Shown: positions 19,550 through 30,837 of the stretch, in pieces | How the letters are laid out: every line of letters begins with the position of its first letter | Position numbering within the stretch: position 1 is the first letter of the stretch | Source: a virus | Taxonomy: Duplodnaviria; Caudoviricetes | DNA: 64,000 nucleotides | Reading direction: 5' to 3' (one strand) | IMG/VR virus record: IMGVR_UViG_3300031867_000018 | Coordinates: 1-64,000 of that record | Notes under the pieces: model-generated | The model's database searches: none | What the model saw: only the letters and a program-made list of their open reading frames with translations | What the model was told of the DNA's origin: nothing | Program-made: the position numbers and the translations under genes

Positions 19550-21359
19550 TTACAAACACCTTATGGACGAAAATCAGCGGAATTTATATAAAAACTTCCC
19601 GTCTACGCATTATTTGAGCAATCCGACAAATGTTGAACATATTCTTGCTTGGTGTACTTTTTGGCGGAGAAATTTACATTTGTTTGTGAGAGATTATCTT
19701 AAAATACCTTTATATCCTTATCAGCAAATTGCTATGTACTATATGGGCATAAGCGATTTGATAACCATTATTGCAAGCCGAAATGCGGCTAAATCTTTTA
19801 TTATAGCTTTATACGGCTGTTGTAGATGTATACTCTACCCCGGCACAAAATTCAGAATAGGAAGTAAGCGCAAAAAACAGGCAAGGCTTATGGTCGAGGA
19901 AAAAATCATAGGTGAATTTTGTAGGTGGTCTCCTGCTTTAAAGAATGAGATAGAACGATATACGGTATCTAATAATGAAATATCTGTTGAATTTAAGAAC
20001 GGATCGAAAATCACGGTATTTATTGCAAACGATGATGCTCGTGGTGACAGAACAAATGTTGTTGTCCGAGAGGAGTTCAGACAGATAGATAAGTCCGTAG
20101 AAGATTCTGTTATTTCGCCGTTTCAGACGGTAAGAAATCAACCTTATATGTTAAATCCATTTTACGGCGATAATCCTGTTTTACAGGAAAACCCTGTAGA
20201 TATTTATATAAGCTCTTCATGGCTTGATGATGGGCATTGGCTTTGGGATATTGTGTCACAGACTTATGACGAAATGAAAAAGGGCAATCCTGCGATACTA
20301 TTAGCTTTTGATGAAAGTATTACGCTTAAACACCACTTGAAAACATTGTCTCAGCTTAAAAAGGAAAAGAAAAAACAAGACCCACTGACTTGGAAAATAG
20401 AATACTTGAATTTGCGCATAAAGGATTCAATGTCTTCTTATTTTACATATTCAATGCTGATGAATAGACAAGTTTTGAGAAATTTCTTTAAACCGAGAAG
20501 CACACTTGATTTTAAGTCAAAGAAGCGTAATAAATACTTTATCCCATATCAGGACGGAGAGTTTAGGGTAATATCAAATGATATTGCGTTTGTTGCGGGA
20601 CAAAAGAATGACAACTCTGTTTACAGTTGTATTAGGGCTATTCCCGAAAGTAATATTTATGAGGGGGATAACGGCTCTGTGGAAGTTCAGCAAGGCTACC
20701 GCAGACAATATCCTTATGCAGAATCAAATCAGATGGGTGACACTACAAAACAAGCTATTCGTATAAGGCAATTGTATGAAGATTTTGGTAAAGGTGAGGA
20801 ATGTTATATCGTAATTGACTGTCGTAACGGCGGCACACAGATAGTATATGCTTTGCAAAAGGTATTATATGATGAAGAACGTGGTGTTGAGTATGAACCG
20901 CTAAAATGTATGAATAATGACGATTATGCAAAACTTTGTCAAGATCCAAGTGCCAGACCTTGTATATTTGCGATAAATGCAACACAGAGTTTAAACAGTG
21001 ATATAGCAATAGCGTTTAGAAAAAATCTTGTGGAAAACAAGATAGATTTTCTTATCAATTTCGATACAGCAAAAGAAGAGATATTATCCAATAATGAGGA
21101 CTATATTGGAGAAGTTGATATTGACAAACAGTTTGAGTATGAACGACCTTTCTTGGAAACACAGGAAATGGTGAACGAGTGTGCGGAACTGCAATATGAA
21201 AAGTTGCCGCAGACCAACGCTATTAAGATATATGAAAAAGGTTCAAACAGAAAAGACCGATACACAAGTTTTTCGTATGGGTCTTATTTTATTGACTTAA
21301 TGGAGCGAGATCAGTTGGGAAGAAGTTCTGAATATGAATTTACTACATTTATAAATTAG
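19542..21359 (+). CDS. Terminase large subunit
   Basis: LYPYQ, ASRNAAKS (Walker A variant), VVREEFR (Walker B), YISS, NDIA, KDRYTS nuclease motifs. Confidence 0.85.
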   Translation: MSSYKHLMDENQRNLYKNFPSTHYLSNPTNVEHILAWCTFWRRNLHLFVRDYLKIPLYPYQQIAMYYMGISDLITIIASRNAAKSFIIALYGCCRCILYPGTKFRIGSKRKKQARLMVEEKIIGEFCRWSPALKNEIERYTVSNNEISVEFKNGSKITVFIANDDARGDRTNVVVREEFRQIDKSVEDSVISPFQTVRNQPYMLNPFYGDNPVLQENPVDIYISSSWLDDGHWLWDIVSQTYDEMKKGNPAILLAFDESITLKHHLKTLSQLKKEKKKQDPLTWKIEYLNLRIKDSMSSYFTYSMLMNRQVLRNFFKPRSTLDFKSKKRNKYFIPYQDGEFRVISNDIAFVAGQKNDNSVYSCIRAIPESNIYEGDNGSVEVQQGYRRQYPYAESNQMGDTTKQAIRIRQLYEDFGKGEECYIVIDCRNGGTQIVYALQKVLYDEERGVEYEPLKCMNNDDYAKLCQDPSARPCIFAINATQSLNSDIAIAFRKNLVENKIDFLINFDTAKEEILSNNEDYIGEVDIDKQFEYERPFLETQEMVNECAELQYEKLPQTNAIKIYEKGSNRKDRYTSFSYGSYFIDLMERDQLGRSSEYEFTTFIN

Positions 21360-21369
21360 GGGGATTGAT

Positions 21370-22974
21370 ATGCAGGAAGAGATAAAAGGCGGTCGTGACA
21401 GACCGAATGAAAATGCCGAGGTAAACAATAGTTATGAGTTCAACTCTTACTATAATACCGAGGTATATAATCACGTTTTCGGGTTTGATATTTTCAGCGT
21501 ATATTCTCCCGAAATGATTTCCAATATGATACGACAACCAATGGTCTATAATGAGGAATTGCGCAAATTATCAAACGAATTATATTCTGCAAGCGGCTTA
21601 CTTACACAATGTATAGATTATTGTACTGCAATGCCTACGCTTGATTATGTAGTAATTCCGAGAGGCAGAAACAAGATTAAGCAACGCAGGAACAAGGATT
21701 TAATGGAATCGGCTTTGAGAACATTAAAACATAAGGAGTTTGTGCGTGATGCTTTGTTTAAGTCTATGATTGACGGTGTGGCATTCTACTATTGCGAAAC
21801 TACCGCAAAAAAGGACGACAACAAAGAGTTTATGCACGATTGGGATGTTGAGAACATACTGGAAATAAATTCGTTAGGTGTCAATATATCGGTGATACCG
21901 TTGCCTACAAATTATATGAAAATTGTCGGACGCAAAAATTCGGCTTATGTTTTGGCTATGAATTTGAGGTATTTTGACGAGGTTATTACAAGTGATGAAT
22001 TGGAGCGTAAACTGAAACTTTATCCCGAAGAGATACGACAAGGATATAAAAAATGGAAAGATAGTAAGCATAACAGCGGGAATTGGCTTGTGCTTGACAA
22101 CACCAAAACTATTGTAAGCAAAGTAAGAAGTCGTATTGAAGAAGCTTGGGGCAGACCTTTATGTTTGGCTGCTATCAAGAACATATTATATAATTCTTAT
22201 TTTCAAGACACTTGCCGTGGCACACTTGATGAAATCAACAATAGAATATTTTATCAAGAGTTCCCCGAAGGTAAAGACAAAGGCTCTTGTGCATTGACAA
22301 AAAATCAGCAAGAGACCCAACACGCTTTGGTTAAGCAAGGTATTCTGAATAAGAATGAAAGACAGTCGGCAAGTTTCTTTTCTGTTGCGGCAGGCACGAA
22401 AATCCATCATATAGACGCAGATACTTCTTTACTTGACGAAAAGAATAGTTCTTACATACAAGACCAGATAGGTATTGACCTTGGATTTATGGCAAATCTT
22501 TTGTCGGGTACGGGTTCAGGCAGTTATGCAGCACAGCAAAATAACTTACAGCTTTTGTTGAGTGAGATAATTATGTGGATTGAGCCGATAACCGCAGAAT
22601 TGGTCAAGGTTATCAATAAACACATTATCAAGGACAGTGCAAATATAATTGACCTTTATTATCTGCCAAATAGTATTATAACAAGGTCTGAATTTACAAA
22701 GAATATGAAAGAGTTATTCTTGCAAGGCAAAGGCTCTCTTACTGCTTGGATAGCAAGTACGGGAGTAAATGCCGAAGCTTATCTTGCGTTAATGGATCAC
22801 GAATTGGAAGAGGATTTCGAGAACAAATATCCTGTCCATCAGACAAGTTATACTATGAGTTCCAGTGACGGGGATAATCAAGGCGGAAGACCGACAAATG
22901 ATGATTCCACTAACGATTCTACGCTGAAATCAAAGGCGAATAATGCTAACGGATTACCAAGTCCGAGCGATTAA
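21370..22974 (+). CDS. Portal protein
   Basis: 534 aa, follows terminase; WGRP and C-terminal GGRP; SPbeta-type order. Confidence 0.75.
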   Translation: MQEEIKGGRDRPNENAEVNNSYEFNSYYNTEVYNHVFGFDIFSVYSPEMISNMIRQPMVYNEELRKLSNELYSASGLLTQCIDYCTAMPTLDYVVIPRGRNKIKQRRNKDLMESALRTLKHKEFVRDALFKSMIDGVAFYYCETTAKKDDNKEFMHDWDVENILEINSLGVNISVIPLPTNYMKIVGRKNSAYVLAMNLRYFDEVITSDELERKLKLYPEEIRQGYKKWKDSKHNSGNWLVLDNTKTIVSKVRSRIEEAWGRPLCLAAIKNILYNSYFQDTCRGTLDEINNRIFYQEFPEGKDKGSCALTKNQQETQHALVKQGILNKNERQSASFFSVAAGTKIHHIDADTSLLDEKNSSYIQDQIGIDLGFMANLLSGTGSGSYAAQQNNLQLLLSEIIMWIEPITAELVKVINKHIIKDSANIIDLYYLPNSIITRSEFTKNMKELFLQGKGSLTAWIASTGVNAEAYLALMDHELEEDFENKYPVHQTSYTMSSSDGDNQGGRPTNDDSTNDSTLKSKANNANGLPSPSD

Positions 22975-23052
22975 ATATTAGGAATGAGGAAGGATTTGTC
23001 AAAGGACAGGTCTTTTTTTTTATTTATAAAAAATTAAAGGAGGATTGAGAAA

Positions 23053-24210
23053 ATGTTTAAAATCCTCGAAATTTCTGAAAAGCAAAAAGGTGGCAGAGTG
23101 CCAATTAAAATAGCGTTACTTAAAATACATACAGATAAATCGGAAACCAATACCAATGGTATTCACTGGGAAGAAGAGTACGTTTTAAAAAATATAGACA
23201 GTGCAAAAAATATGGGGATTTTTGCCGAGTTTGCCGATAGTGATAAAGTTACACCTGTAGGTCATGGACTTACAGGCTTTTTTATTGGCAAAAACGGAAT
23301 TAAAGAACCTAAATTTGAAAACAGTGAACAGGTTGGTATGACGACCGAAGATGTTTCTATACAAGAGATAAATGTTGACGGACAGGATATTAAAGCCTTG
23401 GTTGCTGACGGCTATTTGTCTGAACACCGCTACCCCGAATTTGTAAAATGGGTACGAGAAAGTAAGCAAATCGGTAATGTTGATACGTCAATAGAATGTG
23501 TCGGCTTAAAGGCAAACAACGGTCAAATTATTTATGCTGAGGGCGATAATGCTACACAGGAATACCGCACACCGAAAGAATTTGAATTTTCGGGTACGGC
23601 GATATTATCTGTAGAGCCTGCCGATAAGAACGCTATTGTATTGGAAGTCGCCGAAAAAAGAAAAAAGGAGGAAATCGAAATGGACGAAAAGGCTTTAAAA
23701 GAGCTTATCGCAACAACTATTACTGAGTGCAACGATAAGTCCAAAGAGTTTACCGCACAGATAAGCGAGTTAAACTCACAGATTGAAGCAAAGGACGCTA
23801 CTATTGCAGAACTTAATGCAAGTATTGAAAAGTCACAGGCTGAAATCGAAACATTAAAAACAGCAAACGAAACTTCTGTAAGTGAGATAAATTCTCTTAA
23901 AGAGGAACTTGGCAAGTTGCAGGCTGAAAAGAAAATAAACGAGCTGAATGCTGCACTTAGCTCTTACACAGAAGACGAGCAGAAATTTGCAGAAGCTGAA
24001 ATCAACGCATTTAAGGAAAATCCGCTTGAGGGCGATATTTCTTTAATCAACTCTAAAATTTGCACAGGTATTGTAGCAAAGCAGAAAGAAGATGCGAAGA
24101 TTGCTGAAATCAACTCTGCAAAGAAAACAGAACCTGAAATTATTGATATTTTTAGCGGTGTGTCCGAGATAAATGAGGATATGTCCGATGAAGATACTAA
24201 CATTTTCTAA
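23053..24210 (+). CDS. Prohead protease-scaffold fusion
   Basis: GHG, TSIE, FSGTAIL..PAD followed by a coiled-coil C-terminus. Confidence 0.7.
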   Translation: MFKILEISEKQKGGRVPIKIALLKIHTDKSETNTNGIHWEEEYVLKNIDSAKNMGIFAEFADSDKVTPVGHGLTGFFIGKNGIKEPKFENSEQVGMTTEDVSIQEINVDGQDIKALVADGYLSEHRYPEFVKWVRESKQIGNVDTSIECVGLKANNGQIIYAEGDNATQEYRTPKEFEFSGTAILSVEPADKNAIVLEVAEKRKKEEIEMDEKALKELIATTITECNDKSKEFTAQISELNSQIEAKDATIAELNASIEKSQAEIETLKTANETSVSEINSLKEELGKLQAEKKINELNAALSSYTEDEQKFAEAEINAFKENPLEGDISLINSKICTGIVAKQKEDAKIAEINSAKKTEPEIIDIFSGVSEINEDMSDEDTNIF

Positions 24211-24227
24211 AAAGGAGGAATTTCACT

Positions 24228-24632
24228 ATGATTAGATTCGAGAAATTAGAAGTACCCGAAAAGATATATCCTTACACCGATGTTACGGTTGCGGCTGATT
24301 ATCCTAACGGTATTATGGGTACGGTTACAAACGGTGTATTCACAAAGGGTGCAGGTACAGTATTTATCGACCAAGTTGAATGGGGCGATGACGCTTACAG
24401 CGAAAAGTTTATTATTCCAAAGGACGCTCACGCAAGAACAGCGGATATTACAGACGAGAAACTTGTCGGCAAGACTGTAAATATCACAGCAGACGAACTT
24501 CCTACCACTTACGCAGTTGACGATGTGCTTGTTGCTGATACTACAGGTCTTTTAAAGGTAGGTACAGGCGCAGGTTTCAAGGTTATTGAGAAGACAAAGT
24601 ACGGCGTTAGAGCTGTGATTGTTGGAGCATAA
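24228..24632 (+). CDS. Head decoration protein
   Basis: Small beta-rich ORF between scaffold and capsid; strongly biased codon use. Confidence 0.55.
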   Translation: MIRFEKLEVPEKIYPYTDVTVAADYPNGIMGTVTNGVFTKGAGTVFIDQVEWGDDAYSEKFIIPKDAHARTADITDEKLVGKTVNITADELPTTYAVDDVLVADTTGLLKVGTGAGFKVIEKTKYGVRAVIVGA

Positions 24633-24650
24633 TAAAAGGAGGTACATAAT

Positions 24651-25754
24651 ATGGATTATTCATTTGAACTTAATAATGCGAGACGTGACGAGACTTTTGC
24701 CTCGGGCAAGATTAAGTCTACTTCTCCCGTTGTAGAAATCTTCTCCGCTTTAGTAGACGGTAAAGACCTTTCTAAATTTGGTAAGAAGGCAGATGTGGCT
24801 ATCACACACATGAAGGGTCTTGCTGAGTCTGCTCAGGCAGGCGACTATAAAGCTATGGCAGAACTTAACGAGATCAGAAAGTTTGTTATTCAGCCCAGAC
24901 TTTTGCAGGAAATCAAGCTTCTTGGTGTATTTGGTTCTTACAAGCAGCTTGGTTGGAATGAAGTTCCCGAAATCGAGAGTATTGAGATCGACAACGTAAG
25001 AGCGGAAATTCAGGCTGAGGGTCAGGATGTTCCTACACCTTTCATTCGCAGAAAGAAGAGCCGCCTTGCTCCTATCACAATTTCTTCGGGCTATAAGGTA
25101 AATTACAGAGAACTTGCTTTCGGTGACTTTACAAACGAAAATCTCTTAAAGGGTGAGGTCATCAAGGAAATCCGCAATAAGGCAGCTCTTTATGTTATTG
25201 AGACTGTATTTAATGCTATTGATACATATACAGGCGCAGTTAAGTATTTTGAGGAATCCGCAGGACTTAACAAAACAGGCGTTGATGCACTTCTTACAAA
25301 GATAAGACGTTACGGCAAGCCTAATGTAATCGGTGATTATGCCGTTCTCGCACAGTTCCTTCCTTGGATCGGCTATTCGGGTAATGTTGGTATTACAGGT
25401 GTATCTGAGAAGCTGCTTGACGAGATCGCCGATACAGGTCTTGTTGGTACATACAATGGTTCTGTATTAAGTGAGATTCCTAACGGTTACAACTTTAATA
25501 AGCTGAACACCAAAGGTGACAACTATGACACACTGCTTCCCGCAGGTCTTGCATTTGTTACTCCTGCTGCTCCTATTAATGGCGTATCTGCCGTTCAGAC
25601 TTTCACGGTTGGCGGTCTTACAAGCTTCACAGGCAACAGTGTAAGTACAGGCGATATTCTTACAAGATTTGATCTTGCTGTTGCAGCCGGTGTTGCTCCC
25701 GGCGCTGAAGACACTATTGGTATAATTCACGATACCAACCTTGATAGTCTTTGA
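24651..25754 (+). CDS. Major capsid protein
   Basis: 367 aa, position, strong RBS, codon bias, followed by a terminator. Confidence 0.8.
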   Translation: MDYSFELNNARRDETFASGKIKSTSPVVEIFSALVDGKDLSKFGKKADVAITHMKGLAESAQAGDYKAMAELNEIRKFVIQPRLLQEIKLLGVFGSYKQLGWNEVPEIESIEIDNVRAEIQAEGQDVPTPFIRRKKSRLAPITISSGYKVNYRELAFGDFTNENLLKGEVIKEIRNKAALYVIETVFNAIDTYTGAVKYFEESAGLNKTGVDALLTKIRRYGKPNVIGDYAVLAQFLPWIGYSGNVGITGVSEKLLDEIADTGLVGTYNGSVLSEIPNGYNFNKLNTKGDNYDTLLPAGLAFVTPAAPINGVSAVQTFTVGGLTSFTGNSVSTGDILTRFDLAVAAGVAPGAEDTIGIIHDTNLDSL

Positions 25755-25769
25755 TAAATAATATTATTC

Positions 25770-25801
25770 GAGGGTAGGCTTTTGTGTCTGCCCTCTTTTT
25801 T
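25770..25801 (+). terminator. Intrinsic terminator after the capsid gene
   Basis: gagggtaggc...gtctgccctc plus T run. Confidence 0.75.
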
Positions 25802-25814
25802 GGGATTTGATGTT

Positions 25815-25997
25815 ATGAACGATAAATTCTACTGCTACTCTACCCGTCTGCATTGTTTTTTAAAGGCTTTAAAATTCAGATATGCAGATGTTGGAGTGAA
25901 CAAGAATACAAATAAAAACTATTGGATTTACGATAAATCCGATAAATTAGACAGTGCTATTGCGTTATACAACGAAATAAAGCATAAATTTAATTGA
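25815..25997 (+). CDS. Small hypothetical protein
   Basis: MNDKFYCYS...; short conserved-looking phage ORF. Confidence 0.5.
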   Translation: MNDKFYCYSTRLHCFLKALKFRYADVGVNKNTNKNYWIYDKSDKLDSAIALYNEIKHKFN

Positions 25998-26029
25998 AAT
26001 GTAAGAAATAATTGAAAGGAAAAAATGTT

Positions 26030-26554
26030 ATGGCTGAAAAAACAACTGTAAAATCTTTGGATGATTATATATCTGATGATTTTAATATGAACAAAAAAGT
26101 AACGGTTAAAAATCTTGCAGATTGGAATGTCGGTTTCCCCAATATTGCATCAAGGGGCGATACTCGTATAGCACCTACCGCAAAGTCTTTGGTATCGAGA
26201 GAAGAACTGTTTGAGCAGATAAATGCAGGCAATAAACTTTTGGTCGGAACGGATAGTTTCGGTTCACACGCTACGTTATATATCGAGGACGAGCCGACAA
26301 GAAAATATGTCGGTTTTGATTCGGATGAAGAAAAACGACAGCAGAATGTTATCACGGATGAAAAGATAAAAAGTTGGTTTGAGTTAAAGACTCAGGCGGC
26401 TTTTGAAAAAAATATTCGTGAGAATGTTGTTACGAGAGCTGAAAAGACTTATCTGTTAAAAGCTATAAACAGACTTAAACTTAATGAACACGACAAGATA
26501 GCGTTCTGTCAGGAATGGTGTAAGTTCCGTTTAGTTTATCGAAGAGGTGAGTAA
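26030..26554 (+). CDS. Hypothetical head-associated protein
   Basis: GTDSFGSHATLYIED; position after capsid. Confidence 0.6.
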   Translation: MAEKTTVKSLDDYISDDFNMNKKVTVKNLADWNVGFPNIASRGDTRIAPTAKSLVSREELFEQINAGNKLLVGTDSFGSHATLYIEDEPTRKYVGFDSDEEKRQQNVITDEKIKSWFELKTQAAFEKNIRENVVTRAEKTYLLKAINRLKLNEHDKIAFCQEWCKFRLVYRRGE

Positions 26555-26557
26555 AAT

Positions 26558-26950
26558 ATGGCAAATACAACAGCCAAAGATGTAATTGATAGTTTTGAGT
26601 CTTCATTTGCGGATAAGCAAGTTATACCCGAAAGTCTTGAAAACGTATGGCTGTTAAAAGCCATAGGAAGATTTTCGACTGAGATAGATCCATTAAACTA
26701 TGACGAAGATTTAGGCGAGTTTGATGTTAAACTTGACCGATATGTCATAGACAGTCTTGCGGCAATGATGAAGGTTCTTTATATGGAAAGACAATATTCA
26801 CTTGTAAATAAAAGAGTGAGTATCGTGGCACACGACATCAGTATTGATGGCGGAGGCTCCCAAAAGAACCATACCAAAAGTGAATTTGAATTTGCGGCAG
26901 GAATAGCAAGGGATATGATAGAAAATCAAAAACCTTCCGCTTATCTGTGA
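26558..26950 (+). CDS. Putative head-tail adaptor
   Basis: Size and position. Confidence 0.5.
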   Translation: MANTTAKDVIDSFESSFADKQVIPESLENVWLLKAIGRFSTEIDPLNYDEDLGEFDVKLDRYVIDSLAAMMKVLYMERQYSLVNKRVSIVAHDISIDGGGSQKNHTKSEFEFAAGIARDMIENQKPSAYL

Positions 26951-26961
26951 GGTGGCTGTCT

Positions 26962-27996
26962 ATGAAAGAATGGTATTTAATGGGTGGGGCTACAAAGCCA
27001 AACTCAATAGGCGGTTATGAAAATGAAGCTTTTGGGGATTTTAAAGGCGATGCTTTCAGCGAAGCGTTAACTACCGATATAGCAGACGATATTGTTATAT
27101 GGAATCACGATATGACCGAAAGTGTACAGATAAGAGGTATCTTGTCGGAGAATGTTGCCGATACAACGTTAAAGTCTTTACAACGATCTGTATTGGTCGA
27201 GATAGGAACGCTAAAAGGCGGAGATTATCTTGAATTTGACGATAACATATGGATAGTTGACGGAAGACCCGGCAATAACCATATATATGAAAAGGCAACA
27301 TTAAAGCAATGTCAATATAAGCTTAGGTGGCAGAAAAATGACGGGACTATTATTGAGCGTTGGGCTAACTTTGAGAGTGCAAGTAAATACGATGTCGGCG
27401 AAATAGACGGCAGAACAATGATACTGCCTACCAACAACTCCACTATTCTAATCCCTACGGATGAAAATAGTTTGACTATTGAAGGTAAGCGAGTGTTTAT
27501 TGATATAAATGAACCACCTCAAAAGACATTTAAAATCACCCGAAATGACGATGTGCTTTATCTATATAAAGGCAACGAAGGTGTATTAAGTCTTATCTCC
27601 GACAGAACGGAGTTAAACAGCGAAGAAGATAGACCCGATTTAAGACTGTGCAATTATATTGAGACTACAGAGCCGTATATACCTGACCCAAATCAAAGTC
27701 AAGTTTTATCTACCATCAACGGAAGAGATACTTTGCGTGTAGGGTATTCAAGAACATATACTGTAAGCTTTACAGATTTAGACGGAAATGAAGTTTCGGC
27801 TGATGATGTGAGTTTTGTATGGAATATCGAAGGTGATATTACGGATAGTATAACTGCCGATATTGACGGAGATAGTATTACACTAACTGCCGATGACGAT
27901 GATATGTTGGTCGATGAAAAGTTCAAACTGCAAATTGTGATAGACGGTGAAATCAATGTTGAAATGATAATTACTATTGCAGAGGCTTGGGGGTGA
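26962..27996 (+). CDS. Putative head closure/neck protein with Ig-like C-terminus
   Basis: Position; CQYKLRW; acidic beta-rich C-terminus. Confidence 0.5.
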   Translation: MKEWYLMGGATKPNSIGGYENEAFGDFKGDAFSEALTTDIADDIVIWNHDMTESVQIRGILSENVADTTLKSLQRSVLVEIGTLKGGDYLEFDDNIWIVDGRPGNNHIYEKATLKQCQYKLRWQKNDGTIIERWANFESASKYDVGEIDGRTMILPTNNSTILIPTDENSLTIEGKRVFIDINEPPQKTFKITRNDDVLYLYKGNEGVLSLISDRTELNSEEDRPDLRLCNYIETTEPYIPDPNQSQVLSTINGRDTLRVGYSRTYTVSFTDLDGNEVSADDVSFVWNIEGDITDSITADIDGDSITLTADDDDMLVDEKFKLQIVIDGEINVEMIITIAEAWG

Positions 27997-28000
27997 GTGA

Positions 28001-28531
28001 ATGGCAAATAGTTCTATCGTATCCGAAATAAAGGACAAAATAATAAAAGAGATAATCAATGACGAAAATCTTTTTTACGCTATCAATAGCCCTGACGTGA
28101 CTAATCCGAAAGAAGCTGATGAACTTATCAATACTCATTTATTCAGGTATCATCAAAATCCCAACACTATCAATAAATCCATAACCTTTATCACGATACA
28201 GGTACATATTGCAAAGACAAACAGATACAACGATAATGACCCGTGGATAAGACCTACCGTTGAGATATGGATAATTTCACATGAAAATTGTATGAAGGTC
28301 AATAATGTCCCGAAAATCACTGCAAATAGAAATGATTATATATCACAATTGTTAGACGATAAGTTTAATGGGCGAAATGTGCTTGGAACGGAGAGAGACA
28401 AGAATCCACTAAAACTTTTAGGTAAATTGGATTTAGTCGAAAATTCTGAGGGGGCGTTTGCGGCTGATTACTTATATCGTAAAATGGTGTTTATCGGCAG
28501 AGATTTAAACGATGCTTTATGTGTGGTGTAA
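28001..28531 (+). CDS. Putative tail terminator/completion protein
   Basis: Position; NRNDYISQLLDDKFNG. Confidence 0.5.
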   Translation: MANSSIVSEIKDKIIKEIINDENLFYAINSPDVTNPKEADELINTHLFRYHQNPNTINKSITFITIQVHIAKTNRYNDNDPWIRPTVEIWIISHENCMKVNNVPKITANRNDYISQLLDDKFNGRNVLGTERDKNPLKLLGKLDLVENSEGAFAADYLYRKMVFIGRDLNDALCVV

Positions 28532-28533
28532 TT

Positions 28534-29292
28534 ATGAATAGCAAAATATGTGATTACGCTGATATTGATGAATTAAAGGTATTTCATGGGTACGATATAC
28601 GAATATCCGATAAGATAGCAATTCGTCAACCTACACTGGAAGAAGTTTGTAATTATGGAGAACGACAATATTTCTCTATGGTGTATAATCTCACATCAGT
28701 TGGTGCGGATATGAAGTTTCAGTTATGGGATTTAGGTATTGATTACACCGAGATTAACGATTTTGACCTATTTTATTCTTTTCTTTATAGAGGATATACT
28801 CAAAAACAGACCGAGATATTATTCGGCGATTTAGATTTATCAAAAATGAGAGTATATGAAAGAAAAAAGGATAAAAGTCGAGTGCTTTATGATGCAGAAA
28901 ATGAGATAACAATAGATGAATTTACTTATATGGCTATTATGGATGTGTTACGTCAAATGCACGGATTTAAACGTAATAGTAAAATTCCCGCAAATAAGTC
29001 AACAAAAATGATATTAATTGAGGATGATCGAGAAGATTATTTACGAAACAAAAACAAACCCTATCATTCACAAATGAAAAATTTAATTTCGGCATTGGTG
29101 AATTGCGAGGGGTTTAAATATAATTACGAAACCGTTTTTGATTTAAAAATCAATGTCTTTTTAGATGCGTCAAAGCGATTGCAAAAAATAAAGAACGCTG
29201 ATTTATTATTACAAAGCGGATATTCAGGCTTTGGAATTAAATTGAAAGATGTTCCAAAGAAAGATATAGATTGGATGGGAGAGCTAAATTAA
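28534..29292 (+). CDS. Hypothetical tail-assembly protein
   Basis: IRQPTLEEV...; position before the tail tube gene. Confidence 0.5.
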   Translation: MNSKICDYADIDELKVFHGYDIRISDKIAIRQPTLEEVCNYGERQYFSMVYNLTSVGADMKFQLWDLGIDYTEINDFDLFYSFLYRGYTQKQTEILFGDLDLSKMRVYERKKDKSRVLYDAENEITIDEFTYMAIMDVLRQMHGFKRNSKIPANKSTKMILIEDDREDYLRNKNKPYHSQMKNLISALVNCEGFKYNYETVFDLKINVFLDASKRLQKIKNADLLLQSGYSGFGIKLKDVPKKDIDWMGELN

Positions 29293-29334
29293 GCTCTTTT
29301 TTTATTACAAAAAATATTTTAAGGAGGAAAAATT

Positions 29335-30117
29335 ATGGCATTTAATCCTAATGAATTGGTTATTGAAAAAGTAAGAGCCGTAGAGGAATACGATCCTGCT
29401 ACAAATGAACTTATAGGCAGATTTACGCAGATAGAAGAACCTTCTCTTAATTTTTCTGCTGACTCTACAGAAGTTACAGATGCAGTAGGTACTTCTATTG
29501 CAACATTCTACAATGCGCAAACAGGGACTTTCGGTTTTACAAACTCTTTATTTTCACTTGATATGGCAGCTTCTCAGTTTGGTACAGAGAAAGAGATTGC
29601 AAGTTCCGATAATAAATTAAATGTTCCTATATCTGAAATAGTTACTATTAGCACAGGCGCTACAGTTGAACTTAAATATACTCCTGTTGAAAACACGGTT
29701 AAGTATGTCAAGGTTATTAATGAAAACAATACTTTTGGTACTACATACGAATATTCTGCTACGGCAGGAGATGGCAAGTTTACTCTTTCAGGTAAGACTA
29801 TTACACTTCCAGAGGGTACGACAGGACGTGTATTTGTTCAGTACGAAAGAGAGTCTGCTGAAGCTGTAAGAGTTTCTAAAACGACTGACGGTGTACCTAC
29901 AGTTAAAACACTTCTTATTCATGTTATCTTCCATGATCCTTGCAATACAAATCTTGTGTATGCAGGTGTTGTTATTGCGGAAAGAGCGCAGCCTAACATT
30001 GAAAGTGTTGAATTATCGCTCACACCTGACGGAAAACATTCTATCGAGTACAAGCTTCAGAAACCTTACTGTGACGAAACAGGCAAGTTAGTTGATATTA
30101 TTGTAGCAGAGGAATAA
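29335..30117 (+). CDS. Major tail tube protein
   Basis: 260 aa, beta-rich, strong RBS, flanked by terminator-like hairpins at 29281 and 30128. Confidence 0.65.
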   Translation: MAFNPNELVIEKVRAVEEYDPATNELIGRFTQIEEPSLNFSADSTEVTDAVGTSIATFYNAQTGTFGFTNSLFSLDMAASQFGTEKEIASSDNKLNVPISEIVTISTGATVELKYTPVENTVKYVKVINENNTFGTTYEYSATAGDGKFTLSGKTITLPEGTTGRVFVQYERESAEAVRVSKTTDGVPTVKTLLIHVIFHDPCNTNLVYAGVVIAERAQPNIESVELSLTPDGKHSIEYKLQKPYCDETGKLVDIIVAEE

Positions 30118-30165
30118 TAAACTTATTGGCGGCTGAAATATGCCGCCTTTTTGAGGTGTACTAAT

Positions 30166-30531
30166 ATGTCAAAAAGATTAAATAGATGTGCGATATGCGG
30201 AAAAGAATATGAAGTTTGTTCTACTTGTGCTTCTATTAAATCATTCACTCCGTGGAGAACAATCGTTGATAATATTAATTGTTATGGTATACATACAGCT
30301 TTAAGAGATTATACAAATGGTTATATCAACAAGGAGGAAGCTAAAAGATTGTTGACAGAGCATGATTTATCCGGAGTAGAAAATTTTCAAGAAAACATTA
30401 AAGTGGCTATCGCAAATATCTTAAATGAATCAGATCAGAAGAAAAAATCTAAGAAAAATCATATAAATGATAATGAAAACATAGATGAAAACAAAATTAT
30501 CAATGATGATAACAGCAATATTGAACAGTAA
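30166..30531 (+). CDS. Zn-finger hypothetical protein
   Basis: CAICGKEYEVCSTC. Confidence 0.6.
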   Translation: MSKRLNRCAICGKEYEVCSTCASIKSFTPWRTIVDNINCYGIHTALRDYTNGYINKEEAKRLLTEHDLSGVENFQENIKVAIANILNESDQKKKSKKNHINDNENIDENKIINDDNSNIEQ

Positions 30532-30603
30532 TTATAATTAAGGGGATAACAAAGTTCAATATTGTCTATCCCCTATTTTTTACGAATTGAAGGAGTGTTA
30601 GTT

Positions 30604-30822
30604 GTGAGAGCATATAGTGATATATTCGGGTGGATGTATGATACTGAATATGTAAGATTTATCCCGAATATGAAACAAAATTGCAAATATCTGAAATCGG
30701 GACAAGCAAACGGAGAACTTGTAGATATTATCTGTGGAGAAGATGATAGATTGGTATTCGTATGGAAAAAATCAAAGATAATGAATGATTTGTATGTAAA
30801 ATGGTGTAATCACGAATTATGA
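30604..30822 (+). CDS. Small hypothetical protein
   Basis: GTG start after aaggag. Confidence 0.5.
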   Translation: MRAYSDIFGWMYDTEYVRFIPNMKQNCKYLKSGQANGELVDIICGEDDRLVFVWKKSKIMNDLYVKWCNHEL

Positions 30823-30837
30823 TGAGGAGGAGTTACT